NCBI GenBank assembly: GCA_009602735.1
Contig: WELA01000485.1
Location: forward strand, 124,001-152,694
Length of the DNA stretch: 28,694 nt
Direction: 5' to 3'
Origin: Mesotaenium endlicherianum
Taxonomy: Eukaryota
Shown: positions 1-20,746 of the stretch, in pieces
Position numbering within the stretch: the stretch's first letter is position 1
How the letters are laid out: each line of letters starts with the position of its first letter
Program-made: the position numbers and the translations under genes
Notes under the pieces: generated by a model
Told to the model about the DNA's origin: nothing
What the model saw: the letters and a program-made list of their open reading frames with translations, nothing else
The model's database searches: none

Positions 1-1480
1 TCTATGCACAGTTGTTAACCTGAAGACCACCATAGCAGCGCATATTCATAAGTGTGACTGTGTATATATTTCTGAGTGTGTAAGTGCATGCATCATGTGC
101 CCAGCTAAGGCATCTCCCACTATAACCAGCTGACCTTCATTGACTTCTCTGCGGGGTCTTGAGAAGGAATGGATCACTGCACAGCAGCTGGCATATTAAG
201 CTAATCAGTCTAGGAGTGACGATTGGGTACTCTAAGATAGTAATCATGTGGTAATCCTATTAAATCATTTTTAGATTCGAACCCTTGAAGAGCTTCAAAA
301 CAGATTCAAAGGCACAGTGTCAAACGCACCTTAACGTATTCATGTCTTCCTGAATACGCTGTAGCTTCCCCTTTCAGTGAAGCTAACGATATCACCAAAA
401 TTACGTCCTCTATTGGCGCCAAACGTAAAAAAAAATTTCAAAGCGCGTCGGCATTATGGGCCAGATCGGCACATACTATGATAAAGTCGTCTTCTTCCTG
501 CATCACAGTCAAACCGCCCAATATATTTTCATTCGCCTTCTTTCGTGAAAATGGACAGCAGCCTAAGGCTCGGATCTTCGGCTTCAGCGCCAGTTCGATC
601 TCTCTAGCGTACTTAAAAGTGAATAGCAGCGCTTGAGTGGTCAATTCCGTAGCAGGTTAACATCAGCAAGAAGCAGGGAAAAGCAGGTGAGTAATAAAGT
701 TGGCTACGAAGCACTCTAAAGTGGCTCTCAAGCGAACTGGGTGCAAGCTGGGTGTATGTGATCTGAGCCCCTCTGTGCAGTTCCCGACAGTCGTGTTCAG
801 TCGTGTTCGTGTGATGAAGCCGCCGACTTTCAGTTCCACTCGATTCAGTGACATGCAGTCCAGCTTTTCTGGACTACGTTCTGCAATATTTTGTCATAAA
901 TAATAGTCGGTTTGAATTTTGTAAGTTGGGTCACGACCGCTCACGACTCACGAGTGGGGCTACGGTGGGCAGGACCGGACCGGACCTGCACCTGGCTTGC
1001 CTGGACCTACCGCGGCAACCCAGGCGCTACTAGCCGAAGATTGGGCGGGGAAACTACACAATTCCCTCCATCTGTCTTCCCGTTTTATAATACTTCACAC
1101 ACGTCGTAACCCGTAAGGAGCCTGCAGGCGAAGGTAGCGCTTTCTATCACGGACAGGAAATTCCTGCATCGGAATCTGAGAGGTAAGAAGCAGTAGTGAG
1201 GAACGCGATGGACACAGCGGGGTACTCACTATTTTCCTCGACGTTTCTTGTTTGACCTAACTGTGTATTGGGAAAGTTTTTCCTTGCCTTCTTAGTTGAG
1301 CCAAAGGTGTCTTGGACGACCCCGAGTCAGAGCATTTCTCATCTTGGGGGCAACTCGGGAAATTAAGTAACGTGAAATTTGAGGATTATATGGGCTTCTG
1401 TAAGCAATGCTTCGTAGTGGGCACTAGTATTTAGAAGTGCGCTTAAAGATTCTTCAGGAGCATCTATCATAGCGCCAGCA

Positions 1481-1726
1481 ATGGGGCAATGTAGCAGCCA
1501 TGCTTCTAAAGTTCCTCCCTCATGTAACAGAGCCTCAAGAAACAAAGCAAGAGGTAAGCACAATGACACCTTACATGCGCCCAAAGGTCACAGAAGCGCA
1601 ACGAGGGACCACCACCGTACTGCAGCTGCTTGGCAATCAGCAGCTGCCAAGGCATCAGGAAAAGTAGGTGCGAGGACTTCCAACGCCGATGCTCCTGGAG
1701 CTGGAGGGGACGGAGGAGGCTTCTAA
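1481..1726 (+). CDS. Putative small (81 aa) basic, low-complexity protein with an N-terminal MGQCSS myristoylation/palmitoylation-like motif; no family recognised
   Basis: ORF MGQCSSHASK...GAGGDGGGF* with good start context (gcaATGG). It lies inside an apparent exon 1458-1734 bounded by acceptor tcttcAG (1457) and consensus donor AAG|GTAAGT (1735). There is an upstream donor GAG|GTAAGA at 1183 and a downstream acceptor tctgcAG at 2047. No homology recognised. Confidence 0.4.
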   Translation: MGQCSSHASKVPPSCNRASRNKARGKHNDTLHAPKGHRSATRDHHRTAAAWQSAAAKASGKVGARTSNADAPGAGGDGGGF

Positions 1727-4227
1727 TTTTCAAGGTAAGTCAGCATAGCAGCCGCATTGACGATCAACAAGGTTTGCATAATTTTTTTCATTGAAGATAT
1801 GGCTGTAGTTTATCATTCAAGTCATATTTTATTTATTTCCTTGGCCACTAATACATTAAGCTAAGGTGGGAGTGCAAGTTAATGAACCTCGTTCGGTAAT
1901 TCATAAGTGGGCATGAGATGTTGATGCACTTGCTAGTATAGTCAGCCAAATTTGCACATTCTTTGAAGAATATCACTACTAGCATCTTTCTTAAACATTA
2001 TGGGGAAACTGATTTGCATAAAGAATGGATGCTGTTCATGTCTGCAGGTTAAACGCAAAAAAGGTGGGAGTTTCCCTGTTTGCTCGTCACAATGCGACGT
2101 GGTGCTTGTTCATACATGTACTCAAGGAAGCTGAAGAAGCCTGGTAACTAATGAATTTGGAGTATTATACTTCAAGAGCCAATTTGGGATGCTTGCTGGT
2201 GCTTTTTAAACTTGCAAGCTAGTCTCCAGATTGGGTGTATATGTAGCCCCTTCCTCAACAGGCAGCAAGTAACTTCTTACACTGTGTCCCACACCACAGT
2301 TGGGCAGTAGATGTGAGAGTCAAGGAAGCTGGCCATCTTAGTTGTTGGTGATAACACACAATCAATGTAGCAGTTATTCACGGTGGGCTAGAAGCTGTGC
2401 ACCCCATATATTTCGCTCCTGTCTTTCACGTGCTAGCCTGGTAGAGCCATCAGTAAGTGCGTAGGGTAGTAGTCTTACTACTGTTCATATTAGTTGGTCC
2501 TCTTCTCAAGCCCAGCCGTTAGTGTTACCAAATGAAAGCGACTGTTGCTATAACTCCAGGTGAAGAGGATGTCTGTAGTCAGAATACGAATGAGTGAAGA
2601 ATAAAACAGCTCTTCAAGTGAATAAGCACAGAAGTAGCTGTGGCTGCAAGAATTTCCAATAGCATAATAGAAAAAAACTCTGTGAAGGATCATCTCGTTA
2701 TTCAAAATCTGACCAAGTGTAACAAGTCAAGTGTGTAAGCAGTGCAGCTTTCTCGTATTATTATTTGCAACAGATGTACACTGCCACTTCACCCTTTATG
2801 TGCTGCGAGTCAATATGTGGAGTTCCTTGTTTGGCATGCATGCAGGAAAACTGCCCTGGTTGAGCATATCAGCCCGCCCTACATTGCCCAGATGCTGTAT
2901 CAGAGTGTTTAGGACTCTCCATGTACCCCCCCATGCTTCTGCGTACTCGCCCATAGTACGTAGATATATGCTGTAATGAGGATTGAGAGACCTCAGGATT
3001 TGAATGATGGGGCCACAAAAGACTCCCATGGACTTGGAGTGGGGTGCTTTCATTCGATTGACCAGCTCAGACGACTTAGCGCAGGGCACCTTCTTTGCCA
3101 TGAGGTATATCGTGTGTGCCTTCATTGCCTTCCCTTTTACAGCATGCTCTTCACTCTTGGAAGTAAAGACAGTCATATAGGACTAACTTCAGGCACATAC
3201 ACATGAGCATGAACACATGTATATATGTTAAGGAGCCTAAACACATGCACCCTATTATAGGTTAAGGCATGTGTAAATAGGGAAAGAAGCTTCAACCTCC
3301 TACAATGCAGATGCACCTTTGGCATGCGATCCACTGATAACACTTGATTCGTTCATATACAAAGTTAGTAACACGAAGGAGGTTAAGTAAGAAGAAAGCA
3401 TGCGGCACTAGGAAACGTAGGTCTAGGCGGTAAAAGAAGGGCCTTCAATAGACAGTGTTGAAGGAGCCAGGAAAAAGTAATTTTATTGGGATCCCTGGTG
3501 TCCACTGGTATCCCATCTGTACTTCTTTTGGCTAACCTACAAGGAGGTGCACTAGTCGCAGGCAAACCCACAAAACCTTAGGCATGCCCGTAAATCACAT
3601 TTATAATGATACAGTAGCATAACTCAAGAGCATTAACTTCCTCTAAGCAAATCTGGAATGTACCTCACCAAAAGTGGAATGGCCATCCACTACTCCCTGT
3701 GTGGAGAGCATGCGTGCTGCTTTCCAACATAAATGCTCGTGACTGAGAACTTCTTCTCCAAGCCAGACACCTTCAGCGCTCTATACATCCTAAATGTCTT
3801 CTACTTCCAAAAAAGCTGTAACTGGCAAAATTAGAACTCCCTCTGCCCCACATCTCTTCAAGCCTGTACTAGCCCAGTCCAGCCAATTGCATACTCAATT
3901 TGCTGGAGCAACTGTTAATTCAAACCTATATACAAAAATGCCATGCGCACTTGCAGCCTGTCCTGATTCAAAAGCCTAGGGTTCTCCAATGGTTTTGTCG
4001 GGCTTGAAGCTTAACAGGGTTTCGCCTGGCCCTGAGATGGACTGCACATGTCTACAGTAGAAGTATACAGGGTGTACCTTCAATAAAGGAAGCTCTGCAA
4101 TTGGTGCTCTATTTGCCTCACTTACATCTAGTAAGCCTGCCTATGCGGTCCCTTGCCAACCCTACCCAAGTCCAAAGCTTTACAAAGCAATATATCTCCT
4201 GACACCACAAGCCCGCCTTTCACCCCC

Positions 4228-4859
4228 TCAAGCTTTGTCCCCTTTACTATGCTTCATCAGTCCGCGTATCTCATCACCAGAGGGTGGCCTTGGACCTTCG
4301 GGAGGGTATACAACATAGGACCTCTGCAAACAGTGGAGCCGACAGATAAGAAACTCAATAGAGTAAGAAGGTGACCACCATTTCCAACACCTAACACGTG
4401 AAAGGAATCCACACAGGCCTCACGAATATCTTCCCCAGGCACAGCATCGCGTTCACTATCCTCGACGAGCTAAACAGAAAAGGTCGCCTCACTTCCAGAA
4501 GTGACCAGCTGCAGCGGCAAAACCACGTCCAAGTATGGGGACATAGAAGAGTATTTTTCAACCACATTTCACCTCAAGTCATTCGTCAAAGGTCACACAA
4601 TGAACAATCACCCACGACTACGCGGGCGCAGGCACTGATTCTCTATCATTCTGGTACTTGAAAAACAGACCCCTGTACTGAACGAAATAATATAGAAGCC
4701 GCAGGGAGAGGAAAGCTTTGCTGCTTTTACATTTTTAATTATCTTCTCCAAATTTCCTGAGTTGTTGGCAAAGACGAGCATCATTGCAATTGGAATTGTT
4801 ATGTAGCAGCCAAATTTGAACACCTCCAAAAAGCCCTTGCCCGTGGTCCGTGCAGACAT
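4228..4859 (-). CDS. PET100: PET100-like mitochondrial cytochrome c oxidase assembly protein (74 aa, 2 coding exons: 4859-4731, 4323-4228)
   Basis: Spliced product (GT donor at 4730, tttgcAG acceptor at 4324, phase 0): MSARTTGKGFLEVFKFGCYITIPIAMMLVFANNSGNLEKIIKN|RSYVVYPPEGPRPPSGDEIRGLMKHSKGDKA*. The LEVFKFGxYxxxP motif, single TM helix and RSYVVYPPEGPRPPS segment match plant PET100 homologues as recalled. Confidence 0.88.
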
Positions 4860-5516
4860 GATGGAGAAGCAATAGCAAGTATATTGGAGTCCTCAGCAGT
4901 CACTCTCAAGCCTGATAGCTACAAATATACATCTCTTGGCCTCTACCATGAGCATCGACGACCGCATCGAACTGAACTGGAGTAAATTTTCAGTGGCACA
5001 TTTTGGTCCTCCGACGTCAATGCCATGGCTGCCATGCAAAAGCGATGCGACACAAGCTATCGACATGTTGCCTGGTGATATGGTGAATTTAATGTCGGGA
5101 ACATTTGTACGATCCTGTACTTCTCCAAGGAGTTCCCCCGTCTGTCTTCGGAGAAACCCGTAGTAGACAGACTTCCAAGGCGCAATTTGGTCAGCTTCGG
5201 AAACGACCACCTTCTGCAATCTTTTGGTCTTCCCCGGTTGCAGGTGCCAGCACTTTTGCATCTTCTTTACTGCTGCTTCTCTGCTGCTTCTCACTGCAAA
5301 ATTGCTGCATCAACAGATCGTCACAAGTAGAATACTCGTAAGAGAAAGTGGAGATCCTGTAGAGAAGCCAGCGGTTTACAGGATCAGGATACTCTGTCCT
5401 ACATGCGTGTAGAACTCGGCCTTATTCCACCTCGCGATCACGTTAGGAAGGCAGGTCAAATCGTTTTGCGAGCGTCAGTTGTAAACTGAGGGTACTTTCG
5501 GCGGGATCAAAGCATC
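4860..5516. promoter_or_regulatory. Divergent (bidirectional) promoter/5'UTR region between the PET100-like and thiolase start codons
   Basis: 657 bp separate the two outward-facing ATGs (4859 on -, 5517 on +). The region retains CpG and lacks microsatellites. No specific element is called. Confidence 0.55.
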
Positions 5517-15930
<10,414 letters not shown>

Positions 15931-17608
15931 ATCACAGCGAAAATAATATTTGTCTCTCATTCGAGTACGAACGAGGGGGTCGCTTTTCTGAAGGGAGACT
16001 TTTGAAGCTCAGTACAAGTTAGTACAAAATAAGGCGACTCAAATGGCAATAGCGGGGGTTGCCACCACATTGTCCTTATTTACTTAGCTAACTAGCTATG
16101 CCACATGAGATGTAGTCGTTAAGAGAGTCCTTTGTCGGGGCTACTCTGGCGCAACTGCTCTTGTGTAAGGTCTCATGTGATAGCTTACGGGGCCGTGATA
16201 TACGATGCTGGAGTCAACATTTCTTGAATAAAAAGTTACTCAGCGCCAGCTCTGTCAAATGCACAAACGCTCATGCCATTTCATCACCCGCATGCGGCGG
16301 CAGCGCACCAGCTCATGTCTGCTATTGTTGTTGCAAGCGCAGCCTTGACTCTAGGGAAGTGGACCAAAAACAAAATTGGTCAATGCCCTATCTCTGAAGA
16401 GAACACGACGGAAAAAGTATTGCTGGTAGTGGGAGAGAGGGAAGCTATGACATGGTAGCAGACTGGCCGCTGTCGCAGCGAGCATGCATGTACTGAGCAT
16501 GTACTATCAATCCTCTGGGGCCTGTGCACTTCTTGAGTATGATGTGAATCATGGAGTGCTAATTCTTTTTATCTAGAGGTTCCTCTTGGCGAAAATCAAT
16601 GAAATATGTCCGGCTGGGTTCTTTTTCTCAAATTCTTGCTCTTGAGCGAATGACTTTACTCTGTTACCAAAATTTGGTGGCCCGTTTTTAAAGACTTCGA
16701 TAACTTGCGATAAGATTCAATTTGATGGGCGTCTTGCGACATAGCTGACCACATATGTTGCGGAATGTAACTCAATCTTATGTTTTGCACCTCCTTCAAA
16801 TTTTGTTGTGCAAAAAAAGGTTGTCCTTAGTAGCCGCGTGAGATTTCTTAAGAGCGCAAAATACTTTTGAGACACGGATATTGGTGGACCGACTTGCAAG
16901 TTTGAAATATAAAAGTTCATATTTTGGAGATAGTTGCCAAATTAGCACCCCAAGATAATGAATTGTCCCCAAAGGGAAAGAACATGTTTACAGGATATGT
17001 CTCGAAGATGTTACATCAAACCTAGCATGTTCCCACTTGGGATTAAGGCCGTCAATACCCATTCTTTTGCTCCAAGTTTTGCGGGACAAGGTGCAGCTCA
17101 AAATCAGGATTCATCTTTTGTTTCGATGTGCACTAGTCAACAATCAATCCGGTTCGACTGCTACGGACAAAACCTGCAAGAAACGGCAGCGGGTGGACCA
17201 GGTTGGACACTTCACATCGTTCTCGGCAGCGTTGACGACAAAAAGGTCCAACAACGTCGAGTGTAAGGAGTCGGCATCCACACAACAAACGTCACAATTA
17301 AGGGGTCTTCGACCATCTTCGACAGTCTTCGAGCATTCTCTGGCTTGGCTTGGCTTCGATCATGCAGCGAAGTGACACATCGTCAAACGCGAGCACTATC
17401 ATAAGTTTTAGCTAGATTCAGTCTCGCATCTTTCAACGACTTCCGCAGAAAAAGTGAGAATTCCGTTTGGGATACATGCATGTCCTCTTATTTTGGAGTT
17501 GCAAGAAGCGCACGAATCCTCATGAAGGTTCATGTGTGTACAGGAGAGCTCATCCTGCAAAATTTTCTGTTGAGCTTTTGGGCTTCACTCATTTGCATCG
17601 CGTGCAGA

Positions 17609-20042
17609 ATGGGGGGAATTTGTTCTTCATCGAGGCAGGCTCAGGCAGAAGCAAACGTTCAGGAAATCCGGGATGAGGTAAGAAGAGTGTACTTTCAGTA
17701 GAAGCGGTTTGAGTTGTCAATAATCTTGTTAAGGATTGAAGTGCAGACATTCATTGGATCATTTCGTCAACATTTAACGCCCCTTCCCCATTTGTAAAAG
17801 CTCTGCTATTTTTCGAAATGTAGTGGGCGCAAGGTATCCCTGAGCATGCTGATGCATTGACGTGCACTGTGATTTTCAAGTCGTGCAATATCTGGTACTC
17901 GTATATTTAAGATCCTATTTGTAATGATGGGAGCAGTCAATCTGGCTGCTGGCTTCATGATATCCTAATGGATGAATCTTTGGAAGATATAAAGAAGCAG
18001 AAGAAGAATAAAGAGAACCTCCTCCTGATACACCGGCTGAGCATTATACCGGATCACTATTCATCGTCTGCGCCATATATATATTATAGACACATGCCGC
18101 TTGTGTATAATTCTGGGCCTCATTGACCGTCTCTTCAAAATAATGACTACTTTTTGGCTATAGCCTTTCTTACCTTGTCATCGCTGTGCCATGTTATGTG
18201 ACAGGATAATTCTGACCTGGCGCAACCACAGGCGAGGAGCATCTCAGATCTGCCGGACGAGCTTCTGGGGCGCATTTTGCTGCCGGCATGTGTCATCTTT
18301 GATAGCAAAGACGACAGCAAGAGAATCTCGATGTCCAATGTCAAGGGCATGGGCAGCGTGTGCGCCAGGTGGCGCGACGTGCTGCTCTCCTGCTGCAAGC
18401 GCGCAGTCCTGTGCGCCTGGGCAGATGCTGACGTGGCCCTCCGCCAGCTGCGCGCTCTCAAGAACGTGACACATGTCTCGCTGTCGGAGGGGCCACACGG
18501 CAGTGACGGGGGATTCCTTCGAGAGCTGGCGGTGGGGCTCTCCCTTTGCCCTCTTCTCACGTCTTTGAGCTTGACGCTCCACAGCTCAGATGCCATGTTC
18601 GACTGGTTGCCCCTCTTTCTCTCCCTCCACACTAATCTCGAGGAGCTCACGCTAAAATTCGCGGATTCAATCCGTCCAGATGACAGGTGGTCCGAGCGTC
18701 CTGAGAGCCTCCGTCGTTACTGGGATGCCCAAGAGGGGCTGGACCTCACCCCGCAGGCCCGCCTGAAGAAAATAACGCTCAACTACTGCAGCCGCCATTT
18801 CCCCTCGGACGCTCTCGACGGCCGCTGCGTCCCTGTCAGCCCCACGCTCCGCCAGCTGGCTGGCCTCCGGGAGCTCCATATCAGCATGAGCCATTCGGGG
18901 GCCCCTCTGCCACTGTGGCTGGCGGAGGTACCGGCATTTGCCAGCCTACTCGTCCTCATAGATAGCGACACCGAACCTTCATTCCTGGAATCTGTTGGCA
19001 GGATGACAGGCCTTCGGAAACTCGGCATACTCTCGTTTGACAGGTGCAGCCAGGATTCGGTACGCCTCCCGAAGCCTGAACCCCTCGAGCTCTAAGTTTC
19101 AAACCCTAGCTCTCCTTGAGCCGCAGGCCGCAACGAGCCCGCGATGCCCCCCAGCTTGCGCTGCGCGTGCACGCATGCCACATGGCTCCAGCCCCGAGCC
19201 CACGCACTCGACGCACGAGCCCTCAAAATGTGAGCCCTGGGGACCTGTGCACTGAGCCCTGCTCCCTGCTACTGACACGTGTCCTTTGCCTTGTTCTGCT
19301 GCAGCTCGTCGCAACGGTGGACGCCGTCGCCAGGCTCAGCCATTTGACGGCTCTGTACTTCAAAGTGGATGACGAGCCTTGGCTCCGGGGGCAGGCTGCT
19401 GCAACCCGCTCGCTGCTGCTGAGCTCCTCTCTCCGCGAGCTGAGCATACGCACAATTGACATTCCCCCAATTGCGCGGCCACTGCCCCTCCTGGAGGACC
19501 TCATGCTGGAGGTCGGGAGAAAAATTCTGCGCGACTATTTTGCGTTCACACCCAACGTCCAAAATCTACAACTGGCGCTCGTCTGGGGGGCGGCCTGGCC
19601 TTCCCTAGAGGCCCTCACTCGTCTCACCTTCCTGGTCGTGCTGGTCCATGAGCGCGACGATGTAGAGGGAGAGGGAGAGGGGGAGGGAGAGGAGGGCCCA
19701 GAGAGGCCCACGTGGCGCATCCCAAAGGCGTACATGCATTCCTTTCAGGCGCTCAAGCTGGCCTCGTGCAGGTTTCTCCTCCTCTTGGACGGCCTGCTCA
19801 CCCTGGAGCGCCACGTGGCGGTAACTCTGGGGTGCGTGTGTAACGGCAATCATGCGGTCTACTACACGAGCCATGCTGAGTATGCTGCCGCCCAGGAGAG
19901 ACGCTGCCGTAGGCTGCCACCTGGCGCTGCCAGGCAGCTCTTCAAGGACACCAGGCGGCCCGCCCCCAAGCTTCCTGCTCCCTGCCCACGCGGCATTTTC
20001 CCCTCTCCCGCCCCCACGGACAGCTTTAAGGATGGGCAGTAA
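17609..20042 (+). CDS. F-box / leucine-rich-repeat-like protein with N-terminal MGGICSS acylation motif (3 exons, about 553 aa)
   Basis: Exons 17609-17677 (MGGICSSSRQAQAEANVQEIRDE|GTAAGA), 18205-19059 and 19305-20042, all phase-0 junctions; branch-point-like ACTGAC at 19271. F-box signature ISDLPDELLGRIL...VCARWRDVL is followed by LRR-like segments (CPLLTSLSLT, TNLEELTLK, AGLRELHIS, TGLRKLGIL, SSLRELSIR, PNVQNLQLA). The C-terminal ~80 aa is less certain. Confidence 0.75.
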
Positions 20043-20746
20043 TGAGGTCAAGCTGCTTGTGTAGGTGGCCTGCCCGTCGAGTCCGGGCAGGGCAAGGGCG
20101 GCAGGTGTTGGGAGAAAAAGGGGAGGGGAAGTCAGAGGGGGGGTTAGGGAAGGAGGGAGTGGGAAAGAGTGATCAAGAAAGAAAAAGGCAGGGAGGGAAG
20201 GAGGGAGGGAAAGTTTTATAAGAGGTCAGGGGCAGCCTGCATAAGCAGCATTTGGATATCATCTGCTCGTGATTGCATATACCAATATTCACAGTCAAAA
20301 GCAACTCAGATGCTCGAGCACACTAATTTGTGAGCACTTCCATTTTCATTGCGTACAAGGATATGATATATCTCACAAATTGGCTTTCTATGAGCACGTG
20401 GGAACCGGGGTTGTCTCCATCTAAGCTTTGTCTAAGCTAAAATTACGCTTCAATCAACGTTGGCTACATAGTGGCTACTCAACCTCAACCATGTACCTCT
20501 TGTAACACGAGTGACATCATCAGCGGAAATACGTCATCAGTTTTTGTGTCTGTGATTGTTAATCGGCACGACACTGAGCGCCAGGACCTATTGGCGGATG
20601 TGCACTTATATGGCAGGAGTGTACAAAGTATTACATGGAAATGATTCTAGGCCGGCATTGGCATTGACCTGATGTTGACGAATGTATGGTCTGCAGTCTG
20701 CTGAAAATTACATGTGCAAAGCTTGTGGACACGCGCATGCAATTCA

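Noticed and set aside
2796..3176. 126-aa minus-strand ORF
   Set aside because: No recognisable domain or convincing splice context. It lies in a CpG-depleted region between converging 3' ends.
4893..5294. 133-aa minus-strand ORF upstream of PET100
   Set aside because: Non-ATG start in the track, no recognisable motif, and it lies in the divergent promoter/5'UTR. At most a uORF.
16560..17000. AT-rich intergenic stretch considered as a MITE
   Set aside because: No terminal inverted repeats or target-site duplication could be identified by eye.
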